Source: Heterodontus francisci
Taxonomy: Eukaryota
Direction of reading: 5' to 3'
Assembly (NCBI RefSeq): GCF_036365525.1
Contig: NC_090415.1
Coordinates: 11,036,001 to 11,100,000, forward strand
DNA length: 64,000 bases
Shown here: positions 35,445 through 48,899 of the stretch, in pieces
Numbering within the stretch: position 1 is the first letter of the stretch
Layout: the number at the start of each line of letters is the position of its first letter
Position numbers and translations under genes: made by a program
Notes under the pieces: model-generated
Database searches by the model: none
Told to the model about the DNA's origin: nothing
The model's input: only the letters and a program-made list of their open reading frames with translations

Positions 35445-37518
35445 AATCATTCATATGATGTGGGTGTTGCTGGCTCGGCCAGCATTTATTGCCCATCCCT
35501 CACTGCCCTTGAGGAGGTTGTGGTGAAATGGCTTCTTGAACTGCTGCACTCCATGTGAGGTAGGTACAGCCACAGTGCTGTTAGGAAGGGAGTTCCAGGA
35601 TTTTGACACAGTGACAGTGAATGAACAGCAATATAATTCTAAGTCAGAATGATGTGTGACTTGGAGCGGAACTTGCAGGTGGTGGTGTTCCCATGCATCA
35701 GCTGCCCTTGAGATTCTAGTTGGTAGAGGTCGCGGGTTTGGAAAGTGCTGTCTAAAGAGCCTTGGTTCGTTGCTGCAGTGCATCTTGTAAATGTTACACA
35801 CTGCTCTGATGTGTGTCGGTGGTGGCGGGAGTGAATGTTTGTGCATGGGGTGGCAATCAAGTGGGCTGCTTCGTCCTGGATTCTGTCGAACTTCTTGAGT
35901 GTTGCTGGAGCTGCACACATCCAGGCAAGTGATGAGTATTACATCACACTCCAGACTTCTGCCTTGTAAATGGTGGACAGGCTTTGGGGAGTCAGCAGGT
36001 TATTTGCTCGTCGCAGGATTCCTATCCTCTGACCTGCTCTTGTAGCCACGGTATTTATATGGCTACTCCAGTTCAGTTTCTGGTCAATGGTAGCTCCTGG
36101 GATATTGATAGTGGGGGATTCAGCGATGCTAATTGCCATTGAATGTTAAGGGGAGATGGTTAGATTCTCTCTTGTTGGAGATGGTAGTTGCCTGGCACTT
36201 GTGTGGCACGAATGTTACTTGCCACTTATCAGCACAAGCCTGGATAATGTCCAGGTCTTGCTGCATTTCGACACGGATTGCTTCAGTAGCTGAGGTGTCA
36301 CGAATCATGCTGAACATTGGAGAATCATCAGTGAACATCCCCACTTCTGACGTTATGATTGAAGGAAGGTCATTGATGAATCAGCTGAAGATGGTTGGGC
36401 CGAGGACATTACCCTGATGAACTCCTGCAGTGAAGTCCTGGAGCTCAGATGATTGACCTCGAACAACCACAACCATCTTCCTTTGCACTAGGTATGACTC
36501 CAGCCAGCGGAGAGTTTTCCCACTGATTCCCATTGACCCCAGTTTTGCAAGGGTTCTTTGATGCCATACTCGGTCAAATGCTGCCTTGATGTCAAGGGCA
36601 GTCACTTTCTCTTCACTTCTTGAATTCAGCTCTTTTGTCCATGTTTGAACTAAGGCTGTAATGTGGTCAGGAGCTGAGTGGCACTGGAGCAACCCAAACT
36701 GAGCGTCACTGAGCAGGTTATTACAAAGCAAATGCCGTTTGATGGCACTGTTGATGACATCTTCCATCACTTTTATGATGATTGAGAGTAGGCTGATTGT
36801 CCAGCTTGGACATGACCTGCTTTTGGTGTCAAAGACATACTTGGGGAATATTCCACATTGTCAGGTACATGCCAATGTTGTAGCTGTACTGGAACAACTT
36901 GGCTAGGGGCAGATCAAGTTCTGGAGAACAGGTCTTCAGAACTATTGCCAGAACATTGTCGGAGCCCAGAGCCTTTGCAGTCTCCAGTGCCTGCAGTCGT
37001 TACTTGATGTCACACGGAGTGAATCGAAATAGCTGATGCGTTCAGGAGGAGTCCGAGATGAATCATCAACTTGGCACCTCGAGCGAAGATTGTTGCAAAT
37101 GCTTTAACCTTATCTTTCACACTGATGTGTTGGGCTCCCTCATCATTGAAGATGGGGATAATTGTGGAGCCACCTCCTTCAGTTAGTCTTTTAATTGTGC
37201 ACCACCATTCATGGCTGGATGTGACAGGACTGCAGAGCTTAAATCTGATCTGTTGGTTCTGAGATCACTTGACTCTGTCTATCGCATGCTACCTATGCAG
37301 TTTGGCCCCCAAATAATCCTGTATTGTAGCTTCCCCAGGTTGACACCTCATTTTGAGGTATGCCTGGTGCTGCTCCAGGCATGCCCTGCTGTCCCCTTCA
37401 TTGAACCACGTTTGGTCACCTACCTTGATGGTAATGGTAGACTGGGGGATATGCCGGGCCATGAGATTACAGTTTGCAGTTGAGTGCAATTCTACTGTTG
37501 TTGGTAACTCGATCCTCA
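35445..37518 (-). mobile_element. Non-LTR LINE (second CR1-group-like family), RT region, degenerate
   Basis: LLSDAQFG...LDIKAAFDRVWH...GVHQGNVLGPTIFS, GMFTDDS, TIDQKLNWSSHI. The same family occurs at about 50450-50920. Confidence 0.82.
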
Positions 37519-38088
37519 TGTACGAACATACGAATTATGATCAGGAGTAGGCCACTCGGTCCTTCGAGCCTGCTCTGCCATGCCATTCAATAAGTTTTTG
37601 TCTCTACTGATTACTTCACATTTCCACCACCCCCCGGTAATCCTCCACTCCCTTGCTCGTCAAGAAACTATTTACACTGCCTTAAAAATATTCAAAGACT
37701 CCGCTTATATCGCCTTTTGAGGATGAGAATTCCAAAGGCTCACGAGCCTCCGAAAGAAAATAAAAATCTCCTTATCTCTGTCTTAAATTTGCGACCCCTG
37801 ATTTTTAAACAGTGACCCCTAGTTATAGATTCTCCCACAAGGAGAAACATCCTTTCCACATCCACCCTGTCAAGACCCCTCAGGATATTATACGTTTCAA
37901 TCAAGTCACATCTTACTCTTCTAAATTCCAGTGGATACAAGCCTAGCTTGTCCAATCCTTCCTCGTAAGACAGCCCGTCCATTCCAGGCATTAGCCTAGT
38001 AAACCTTCTCTGTGCTGCCTCCAACGCATTACACCGTTCCTTAAATAAGGAGACCAGTACTGTACACATTAATCCGAATGGCCCACAG
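37519..38088 (-). mobile_element. CR1-group LINE 3' fragment
   Basis: ALEAAQRRFTRLMPGMDGLSYEE...RGHCLKI; tail ACGAACATACGAA. Confidence 0.85.
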
Positions 38089-38119
38089 AGCCTCATGGAT
38101 GCTCAGTTTTGCATTGCTA

Positions 38120-40265
38120 GGTGAGGAAAACTTTCCCTTATCTCCCCTCTAATCTTTCTACCAAACACTTTCAGTCTTTGTCCCCTCGTCACTGACCTCC
38201 CTGCGAAGGCAAATAGGCCCTTGACATCCACTCTATCCAGGCCTCTCAAAATGTTATACATTTCAATCAGATCTACCATTCTCTGTTCCAAGGGGAACAG
38301 TCCCAGCCCACCCAATCTTTCCTCATAGCTGCATTTTTTCCAGTCCCGGCAACATCCTTGTAAATCTCCTCTGTACCCTCTATAATGCAATTCTTCTTTG
38401 GCTTCCTTATCTCGACAGACAATGGGTAAGTGCCTGGAGGTGGTCAGTGGTGTGTGGAGCAGCGCCTGGAGTGGCTATAAAGGCCAATTCTAGAGTGACA
38501 GGCTCTTCCACAGGTGCTGCAGAAAAAATTGATTGTCGGGGCTGTTACACAGTTGGCTCTTCCCTTGTGCCTCTGTCTTTTTTCCTGCCAACTGCAGGAA
38601 CTCGCCACACTTTAGCCCCGCCTTGATGGCTGCCCACCAGCTCTGGCGAACGCTGGCAACTGTCTCCCACCACTTGTGATCAATGTCACAGGATTTCATG
38701 TCGCGTTTGCAGACGTCTTTAAAGCGGAGACATGGACGGCTGATGGGTCTGATACCAGTGGCGAGCTCGCTGTACAATGTGTCTTTGGGGATCCTGCCAT
38801 CTTCCATGCAGCTCACATGGCCAAGCCATCTCAGGCGCCGCTGACTCAGTTGTGTGTATAAGCTGGGGATGTTGGTCGCCTCGAGGACTTCTGTGTTGGA
38901 GATACGGTCCTGCCACCTGATGCCAAGTATTCTCCGGAGGCAGCGAAGATGGAATGAATTGAGACGTCGCTCTTGGCTGACATACGTTGTCCAGGCCTCG
39001 CTGCCATAGAGCAAGGTACTGAGGACACAGGCCTGATACACTCGGACTTTTGTGTTCCGTGTCAGTGCGCCATTTTCCCACACTCACTTGGCCAGTCTGG
39101 ACATAGCAGTGGAAGCCTTTCCCATGCGCTTGTTGATTTCTGCATCTAGAGACAGGTTACTGGTGATAGTTGAGCCTGGTAGGTGAACTCTTGAACCACT
39201 TGGAGAGCGTGGTCGCCAATATTGATGGATGGAGCATTTCCGACGTCCTGCCCCATGATGTTCGTTTTCTTGAGGCTGATGGTTAGGCCAAATTCATTGC
39301 AGGCAGCCACAAACCTGTTGATGAGACTCTGCAGGCACTTTTCAGTATGAGATGTTAAAGCAGCATCGTCAGCAAAGAGGAGTTCCCTGATGAGGACTTT
39401 CCGTACTTTGGACTTCGCTCTTAGATGGGCAAGGTTGAACAACCTGCCCCCTGATCGTGTGTGGAGGAAAATTCCTTCTTCCGAGGACTTGAACGCATGT
39501 GAAAGCAATTACATGACTTCTTAACAACCTTGTAGACCTGTCCTACTACCTTCTGGGTCAGTGGACATTTACTCCAAGGTCCCTCACATTCTCTACACAA
39601 CTCAGTATATTCCCATTAATCATGTATTCCTTTGCCTTGTTTGACCTCCCAAAATGCATCGCCTCACACTTATCCGAATTTTATTCCATTTGTCATTTTT
39701 TTGCCCATATGTCCAGAGCATCAATATCTTCCTGCAGCCTACAGCAATCCTCCTCGCTTTCTATCACACGACCAATTTTTGTGTCGTCTGTAAGCTTCTT
39801 GATCATTTCCCCGACATTTACGTCCAAATCATTAATATATACCACAATGAGCAGGTGACCCAGTACTGAGCGGAACGCCAATGGAAACAGCCCTCCAATC
39901 GCAAAAACACCCGTTAATAATTACCCTTTATTGCCTGCCACTAAACCTAATTTACATCCAGCTTACTGTATTTTCCCGCATCCCCCGGGATTTTATTTTT
40001 GAAACAGTCTCCCATGTGGGACCTTGTCAAAATCCTTGTTAAAGTCCATGTCGACCGCATCAACTGCAGTGCCCTCATACAACTTCCTTGTTACTTCTTC
40101 AATAAATTCGCTCAAGTTGGTCAGACGAGATCTTCCCTTCACAAATCCACGCTGACTATTCTTGACTAATCGATGCCTTTCTAAGTGACAGTTTATCCTG
40201 TCTCTCAGAATGATTCCAATATTTTGCTCACTACTGAGGTTAGACTGACTAACCTGTAATTATTG
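38120..40265 (-). mobile_element. CR1-group LINE RT fragment split by an RTE insertion
   Basis: SYEERLGGLGLF (38103-38390); YINDLDVNVGEMIKKLTDDTKIG (39693-39881). Confidence 0.8.
38393..39504 (-). mobile_element. RTE LINE, 5'-truncated, frameshifted; likely TSD GCAATT
   Basis: Closely similar to 1447-2570; GCAATT at 38387-38392 and 39505-39510. Confidence 0.92.
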
Positions 40266-40789
40266 AGTTGTCGGCTGAAATGTCAGATTCGTTTTATCTC
40301 GAAAGATCCACCCGGGGAGACTGACGATACAAACTTATCTCTCACTTATTTGGTGCCACAAGCAGCCACATTATTAATCTCACAATCTGAGGACGTGTCC
40401 GAAAGTGAGTCACACAATGTCCCAAATGTAACTTTTTTTCTGCCCTGTTGAGGTCTCTGCAATGTTTCAGCTCGAACCGTTCGCTGTGACACTCAGTGAC
40501 AGACATTTTCAATGTGATTACATGAATCTAGGACTGTTACTGTCAGATATTAAATCCTGCGCGATCCCAGCAAACACACCGACTCCCTCCAAGGATTGCT
40601 TTGAGAAACTGGGCAAACATACTGCAGAGAATAATCTCAAATTGAACTTTATAAAGGGGTAATCTCCCAGATGTGAACCTTCTCTACCTTACCCGCAGCC
40701 CCTGTTCCATTGCTCACAATGTGATAAAACTGAACTGAATAAAGTTCCAATTGTTTGTATTTTTGTTTTTCAAAGCGTTGCCGAAAGAA

Positions 40790-40852
40790 GCGCATGCGCG
40801 GTAAAGCCCCGCCCACGCCTCTGATCGTTGATGACCGACAGAGCGCATGCGC
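40790..40852 (+). promoter_or_regulatory. Promoter-like cluster: two NRF1 palindromes around a GC box
   Basis: GCGCATGCGC 40790-40799 and 40843-40852; GCCCCGCCC 40806-40814; ATG at 40925. Confidence 0.7.
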
Positions 40853-40924
40853 CCCCCTGTGCCTGCAAGGCTATTGAACGGCATTTATTCAAAGAGGGGA
40901 AAGGGTTTGTTTTTAACAGAGGGA

Positions 40925-42309
40925 ATGGAGATATTACAGTATCGGGGTAAGTCAGCAAACAGCAGTCTCCTTCCAGCAGCACTTTGTTTGGGGAAACTTG
41001 TCCGCAATCTGGCTCAGAGATCGTCATTGACTTTGGGGCAAGTTCAGGAGGGTTGCGAGTTGTTTGCAAGAGACAGAGTGAGGCAGGAAGTGATCCGGTA
41101 ACATGGAGTGAGCGGCGGAAGGCAGAGGCATTTCTTGGGCTGCGTGTGCACTGCGTAAGTGAGACAAAACGTGAAGAAGCTGCTGTTGAAATTCATGGCT
41201 GTTTTTAACCTCAAACCTGTAATGCTTGTTCCTGGTTTAGCTCCTATTTCACGCTGTTTGTTGTTATTGACAAGTGAATAGTGAAAACAGAGCCGGACTG
41301 TTGGCATTTATTGCAAGGGGGATGGAATATAAACGTCAGTTGTTGGTGAGACCTCACCTGGATTACTGGATACAGTTGTGGTCTCCTTCGCTCATGAGGG
41401 ATATATACGTGCATTGGATGCAGTTCAGGCAAGGTTCGTTCCGTTGCTTCCTGCGATGAAGAGGTTGCGCTTTGAGGAAAAGGTTGAGCAGGTTGTGTTA
41501 CACTCATTGGAGTTTGTCATGATCAGATCTAATCTTATTGAAAAATGTAAGATTCTGAGGGGTCTTGACAGAGTAGATGCTGCAAAGATATCTCCCCTCG
41601 AGGGAATCAAGAACCACGTCGCGCAGTTTCAGAATAAGGGGTCTCCCATTTCAGACAGAGGTAAGGAAGAATTTCTTCTCTCAAAGCGTCATTAATCTAT
41701 GGAATTTTCTACCCCTGAGAGCAGTGGATGCTGATGATTAAATATATTCAAGGATGAGTTAATTTTTTGATCTACAAGGGAGTAATGGGTTTTTCGCCAG
41801 GCAGAATAATGGAGCTGAAGCCAAGATCAAATCAGACATTATTTTATTGAATGGTGGATCAGGCTGGAGAGGCTGAATGGCTGACTCCTGCTCCTAGTTC
41901 TTAGGTTATTATATTATAATGCCAGATGGAAATAGAAATCTGACCTGCACAAATATTCCTGCTCCATCAGGTCATCCCAACCTTGGAGCAGTGTAGATGT
42001 TGGCTTGTTTCTGGATGTCCCAAAATTGCTGTGAAACTGCCAAGACATCTCGTCAGCAGATGCTGAGAGCTGCAGTGGAATCAGACAGTGATATTCTTTG
42101 TATTTCTGTTTAGCATTTGTGATTAGTCATAATGATTATTCATTGAAATGTTACATTAATCTTATTTCTAGCTTCCAACTCAACTGCTCGTGACTTACAA
42201 GACATAGTTTTCTTCCTTTCTGGCGGTGAATAGTTCAAGGGAGCAGAATGAATGTGATGATTCCCAGGCACAAGGGAAAGTGCAGTCGGCTTCTTCCATC
42301 ACAGACAAG
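40925..42309 (+). pseudogene. Unnamed spliced gene, copy C (exon 1 broken by CR1; 84-nt exon 42226-42309)
   Basis: MEILQYRGKSANSSLLPAALCLGKLVRNLAQRSSLTLGQVQEGCELFARDRVRQEVIR*HGVS...QNVKKLLLKFMAVFNLKPVMLVPGLAPISRCLLLL, homologous to copy A. Exon VNSSREQNECDDSQAQGKVQSASSITDK|GTACAGT with acceptor AG mutated to CG. Confidence 0.6.
41295..41915 (+). mobile_element. CR1-group LINE 3' fragment inside copy C
   Basis: LAFIARGMEYK...LVRPHLDYWIQLWSP; duplicated at about 44150-44790. Confidence 0.8.
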
Positions 42310-42479
42310 GTACAGTACCACTCCCATAGGCCTTCAGTTCATGTCATTGTCACAAGGAGCAGATGTAGTCAAACTCTCACTGATCCCAAGTTCAGAGACA
42401 CATTTCCAATTCAGCAATCAAACAAAGCAGAAGAGACAGACATTGTATCCAATCCATTCCAACTCAACACAATAGTAAT

Positions 42480-44062
42480 ATGGGAAATGAAGGCCAAAGA
42501 ATGGCAGGAAGGGGCAGAGAGAAATAACCTCAGAGCAGATCAACAGTCAACACTAGATGTGACAAAGATAACAGAAAGATATCACCAAAGGCCCTTTATG
42601 TGAATGCACATAGAATTCATAACAAAGTAGAGGAACTGATAGCACACGTTGAAGTAAATAAGTATGATCTAATAACCATTATGGAGACATGGCTGCAGGA
42701 TGACAAGGATTAGGTCCTCAATATTGAGGGATATGTAACATTCAAGAAGAATAGGAAGCTAGGTAAAGGTGGAGAGCTGGCACTGTTAATCAAGGATTGC
42801 ATTGGTGCAATAGTTAGACATGACCTTGGTTCAGGAGATCAGGATGTAGAATCGGTTTGAGTGGAGATGAGGAATAGTCAGGGAAAGAGGCACCAGTCGG
42901 AACAGTCTACAGGCCCCCAGACAGTAATCACAATTTAGGATGAAGGATACAAGAATATTTATTGGGTGCTTGTGATAATGAGATGGAAAGAATCACAGGT
43001 GTTTTAATCAACACAGTGGCACAGTGGTTAGCACCGCAGCCTCACAGCTCCAGCGACCCAGGTCCAATTCTGGGTACTGCCTGTGTGGAGTTTGCAAGTT
43101 CTCCCTGTGACTCTGTGGGTTTTCGCCGGGTGCTCCAGTTTCCTCCCACAGCCAAAGGCTTGCAGGTTGATAGGTAAATTGGCTATTATAAATTGCCCCG
43201 AGTTTCGGTAGGTGATAGGAGAATTGAGGAAAGGTGGGGATGGGGGAGGAATATGGGATTAATGTAGGATTAGTATAAATGGGTGGTTGATGGTTGGTAC
43301 AGACTCGGTGGACTGAAGGGCCTGTTTCAGTGCTGTATGTCTAAAGTAAATAATTATAAACTGGAAAGAATGAGATTGGTAATAGAAGCCTGTATGAGGA
43401 GTTCATAGAGTGCTTTCGAGATAGTTTCTTCCAGCAGCATGTTCTAGAACTTGCTCGACTTGGTATTGTGCAATTTGACAGGATTAATTAATGACCTCAG
43501 AGTAAATGCACCTCTTGGTAGCAATGATCACAATATGATTGAAGTTTGCATCCAGTTTGAAAGTGCGAGGAGTGGGTCTAAGACTAATATTTTAAGCTTA
43601 AATAAGGACAACTATGTGGGCATGAAAGCTGAGCTAGCTGAAGTGAACTGGGATCAATTGAGAAGCAGTGGCAGACATTTAAGTGGATATTTCAGAATAC
43701 TTTAAATAAGTATATCCCTACTGTAAAGAATAATTCCAAGGGGAGGACCCTCCATCCATGGTTGATTAAAGAAGTTAAGGAAGGCATCAACCTGAATGAA
43801 AAGGCATATAATTGTGCAAAGATGAATGGCAGGTCAGATGATTGAGTCATTCTCTGTCATTCTATATATTCTGACCAAAGGTTAATCAGGAGAAAATAAA
43901 TTAGAGCATGGGAGTAAGCTAGCTAGAAATGTAATAACGGATAGCAAGGGTTTCTGCAGGCATTTGAAAAGGAAAGGTTTAAGTAAAGTGAGTGTTGAGA
44001 ATGTAAATTGGAAGTTCAAGTTTGGTAATAAGGAAATGGCAGAAGTAATGAACAAAAAAATA
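42480..44062 (+). mobile_element. CR1-group LINE APE fragment with nested SINE
   Basis: Paralogous to 17470-18720 and 47470-48740; LDLVLCN...LGSNDHNMIE. Confidence 0.8.
43012..43355 (+). mobile_element. tRNA-derived SINE (HE1/V-SINE-like)
   Basis: CACAGTGGCACAGTGGTTAGCACCGC head, V domain, GAAGGGCCTGTTTCAGTGCTGT tail. Confidence 0.9.
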
Positions 44063-44065
44063 GTT

Positions 44066-45182
44066 TCTCAAACCTGTAATGCTTGTTCCTGGTTTAGCTC
44101 CGGTTTCACGCTGTTTGTTGTTATTGAAAAGTGAATAGTGAAAACAGAGCCGGACTTTTGGCATTACCTGCAAGGGGGATGGAATATAAATGGAGGAAAG
44201 TTTTGCTACAAATTTGCAGGGTGTTGGTGAGACCTTACCTGGAATAGTGGATACAGTTGTGGTCTCCTTCGTGCATACGTGCATTGGATGCAGTTCAGGC
44301 AAGATTCGTTCAGTTGGTTCCTGAGATGAAGAGGCTGACTTATGAGCAAAAGGTTGAGCAGTTTGTGTTACAAACATTGGAATTAGTAATAATCAGAGCT
44401 AATCTTATTGAAAAGTGTAAGATTCTGAGGGGTCTTGACAGAGTAGATGCTGAGAAGATATCTCCCCTCCTGAGGGAATCAAGAACCACGTCGCACAGTT
44501 TCAGAATAAGGGGTCTACCATGTTAGACAGAGGTAAGGAAGAATTTCTTCTCTCAAAGCATCATTAATCTATGGAATTCTCTGCACCAGAGAGTAGTGGA
44601 GGCTGGATTATGAAATATATTCAAGGATGAGTTAAACTTTTGATCTACAAGGGAGTAATGGGTTTTTGGCCAGGCAGGATAATGGAAATGAAGCCAAGGT
44701 CAAATCCGACATGATTTTATTGAATGGTGGATCAGGCGCGAGAGGCTGAATGGCTGACTCCTGCTCCTAGTTCTTAGGTTCTTATATTGTAATGCCAGAT
44801 GGAAATAGAAACCTGACCTGCACAAATATCCCTGCTCGATCAGGTCGTTCCAACCTTGGAGCAGTGCAGATGTTGGCTTGTTTCTGGATGTCTCAAAATT
44901 GCTGTGAAACTGCCAAGACACCTCGTCAGCAGATGCTGAGAGCTGCAGTGGAATCAGACAATGATATTCTTTGTATTTCTGGTTAGCATTTGTGATTAGT
45001 CATAATGGTTATTAATTGAAATGTTACATTAATCTCTTTTCTAGCTTCCACCTCAACTGCTCGTGACTTACAAGACATAGTTTTCTTCCTTTCTGTCGGT
45101 GAATAGTTCAAGGGAGCAGAATGAATGTGATGATTCCCAGGAACAAGGGAAAGTGCAGTCGGCTCCTTCCATCACAGACAAG
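44066..45182 (+). pseudogene. Unnamed spliced gene, copy D (partial tandem duplicate of C; 84-nt exon 45099-45182)
   Basis: Near-copy of 41210-42470, offset 2873 bp at the exon. MEIET*PAQISLLDQVVPTLEQCRCWLVSGCLKIAVKLPRHL then VNSSREQNECDDSQEQGKVQSAPSITDK. Confidence 0.6.
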
Positions 45183-45349
45183 GTACAGTATCACTCCCAT
45201 AGGCCTTCAGTTCATGCCATAGTCACAAGGAGCAGATGTAGTCAAACTCTCACTGATCCCAAGTTCAGAGACACATTTCCAATTCAGCAATCAAACAAAT
45301 CAGAAGAGACAGACATTGTATCCAATCAATTCCAACTCAATACTGCTGA

Positions 45350-47185
45350 AAATTAGGTAAAGTTCAAAAGCAGAACCCACTATCAGATTAAAAGGCACTC
45401 TGTCAATCTCACAAGAGGGACGCATCCTGGAGACAGAGAATCTCACCCTCACAAACCTGAAACTGATGTTTACAAAATTCATAGAACGTAAACAGACAGA
45501 CACAGAGTGAAATTCACATTTACAAATTATTAAAGAGTTTAAGTAAAGATTAAAACCTCCAGCCACTGAAGGGAAACTGACAGCTACAGAGAAGAAAATA
45601 AAACCACTCACATGCAAGAGACTGTCAGATAGAGAATCACACCAGAGTCACTTAACAGAGACAGACAGTTACCATGTAAAACCCATGGACACGTTGCAGA
45701 GACTGAGATGTTCAAAGGAAAAGCAATTCTTGAATGACAGAAATTGAAAGATAAGAATAACACACATACTCATGTAGTAGACGTTGATAGCTGCAGAAGA
45801 AAAGAAAATGTGCTCACACACCTATCAGGAACTGTAAGTTGCAGTTTAAAACTTACAGTTACAGAGCAGAAATCGACAGATTCAGAAAAAGGCCCCATGT
45901 CACAGACTAGTGTTTGAAAGATACAGAATAAAACCACACTATATTACCTTAACTTTACGGGTCCAGCTTAAAACCGACACTCACATACCAGAAGACAACT
46001 GGTGCAAAGTAAAACTCACTCAAGTAATAGAAACTGACAGATACAGATCAAAAACTGCAATCATATCCCAGAAAATAACAGGTACAGAATAAAACAACAG
46101 TCACATATCAGAATCTGGCAGACAGAGAAATAAAACCACCTTCATTTTTCATAAACTGACAGATACAGACTAAAAACTACATTCATTTACTATCAATGCG
46201 CAGGTACAGATTTAATCCCTCATTCACTTAACAGAAACAAACAGGTATAGGGTAAAGCACAGACTCAAATTCCAAAAATTGAAAGATCCAAAATAAACCC
46301 ACCTTCACACACCAGCAACTGACAGAAGAAGATTAAAACCTTCTCACAATTCAGACAGTAACAGGTACTGAATAAATGCCACCCTCACATAAGAGAAACT
46401 GGCAGAAACAGATTTTAGCCCAGACTCGCATAGGAGAAACCAACAGGTACTCATTAATATCTACTTCCACACATCAGAAATGAGGAGATACAGTATAAAT
46501 GCCGCACTTAACTACCAGAGACTGACAGACACAGAGTGAAATCCATAATGAATTGCAAGAAGTTAACAGTTAAGAGAGTGAAAGCCTCTCATCCACAACA
46601 GACACTGACAGATACAGAGCAACACACACATAATTAAGAAGATTCATATATCTGATACTGACAGATACAGGTTAAAACTCACACAGACAGAAAATAAAAT
46701 GACAAGTTCAGAATAAAATTGTCAGTCACATATCAGAGAATGACAATGTACAAAGTAAACCTCAGCCAAATGTCAGAAACTGGCATGTACAGATTAAAAC
46801 TCACATTCACATCCGAGAGAATGTAGAGATGTGGTGGAAAATCCCCACTCAAAAACCAGACTGAAACCCTTACTCTTATATCAGACAGTGACAGAGACTG
46901 GTTAAAAACCACAGCTACACATGAGACATTTAAGGGCACAGGTTAAACCTTAAATTGGCTACCAGACAATCAAAGATAAAGTGTGAACTCCCACTCATAT
47001 ACACAAGAATGTAATATTAACTGTCAAATCCACACTCACATACCCTATACTGATGGGGACAAAGTACAAGCCAGAACACACACACAACAGAAGCTGAAAG
47101 GTACAGAATAAGACGTTTCTCACATAAAACAAACTGACAGGTACAGTTAAAGCCACACTCAAAATCCGAAACTGACAGAGGTAAA
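45350..47185. repeat. Degenerate 41-bp tandem repeat array
   Basis: Same motif; 45760-47185 is paralogous to 15840-17310. Confidence 0.72.
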
Positions 47186-47189
47186 TTGT

Positions 47190-48898
47190 AGACTAGGGAT
47201 TGAGAGATATACAGTGAAACTTACACCCGCCAAGACTGGTGTGGGAGAAGACAGGTTCAGTTTGTGGGGCACTGGCACCAGTACTAGGGAAAGTGGAGGC
47301 TGTACCGTTCGGACAGTTCAGACCTGAGCCAAGCTGGGACCAGTGTTCGAGCAAACCGTATAACTAGGGATGTAGAGAGTTACTTGATCTAAACAAAGTG
47401 GGAGGAGAACAAGCTTTAGCAGATGTAACAAATCAAGGGATAAAGTCAAGGCAGGAAAACAGAATAGTAACCGGGGAAATGAAGGCCAGAGAATGGCAGG
47501 AAGGGACACAGAGGAAAAAAAAACTAAGAGCAGACCAACAGTCAACACTAGATGTTACAAATATAACAAAAAGATAAAACTAAAGGCTCTGTATGCGAAT
47601 GCACAGAGCATTCATAACAAAGTAAAGAAACTGATAGCACATGTTGAAGGAAATAAATATGATCTAATAGCCATTATGGAGACATGGCTGCAGGATGACA
47701 AGGATTGTGTCCTCAATATTGAGGGGTGTGTAACATTCAAGAAGAATAGGAAGCTAGGTAAAGTTGGAGAGCTGGCACTGTTAATCAAGATTGGCATTAG
47801 TGCAATAGTTAGACATGTCCTTGGTTCAGGAGATCAGGATGTAGAATTGATTTGGCTGGAGATGAGGAATAGTCAGGGAAAAAAGGCACTAGTGGGAGTA
47901 GTCTACAGGCCCACAGACAGTAATCACAATGTAGGATGAAGTCTACAAGAATAACTAATGGGTGCTTGTGATAAAGAGATGGAAATAATCGTGGGTGATT
48001 TTAATCAACATATAAACTGGAAAAAATCAGACTGGTAACAGAAGCCTGTATAAGGAGTTCATAGAATGCTTTTGAAATAGTTTCTTTGAGCAGCATCTTC
48101 TAGAACCATCCAGTGAGCAGGTTATATTAGACTTGGTATTGTGTATTTTGACAGGATTAATTAATGACCTCAGAGTATATGCACCTCTTGGTAGCAATGA
48201 TCACAATATGATTGAGGTTTGCATCCAGTTTGAAAATGAGAGGAGTGGATCTAAGACTAGTATTTTAAACTTAAATAAGGGCAGCTATGTGGGCATACAA
48301 GCTGAGCTAGCTGAAGTGAACTGGGTTACTGGGCCAGGAGATAGTTCAATAGAGAAGCAGTGGCAGACATTTAAGTGGATATTTCAGAATACTCAAAATA
48401 AGTATATCCCTACTATAAAGAAAAATTCCAAGGGGAGGACCCTCCATCCATGGTTGATTGAAGAAGTTAAGTAAGGCAACCACCTGAATGAAAAAGCATA
48501 TAATTGAGCAAAGATGATTGGCAGGTCAGCTATTTGGTCATAATATATAGAATGGCAGAGAATGAATAAAAGGTTAATCAGGAAAAAAAAAAATAGAGCA
48601 TGGATGTAAGCTAGCTAGAAATCTAAAAACGGATAGCAAGAGTTTCCACAGGTATTAGAAAAGGAAAAGTGTAAGTAAATTGAGTGTTGGTCCTCTGGAG
48701 AATGAAAATTAGGAGTTAAAGGTTGATAAGAAGGAAATGACAGTAATACGAGAGGAATTGAAAATGAAAATAATCACGTTATACTTCAGTTATACAGGGC
48801 ATTGGTGAGACCACATCTAGATTACTGTGTGTAGTTTTGGTCTCCCTATTTAATGAAGGAAGTAAATGTGTTGGAGATGGTTCATAAGACGTTTACTT
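47190..48898 (+). mobile_element. CR1-group LINE (end of ORF1, APE), internally deleted
   Basis: KLKALYANAQSIHNK...IAIMETWL...GVVYRP. Confidence 0.85.
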
Positions 48899-48899
48899 C

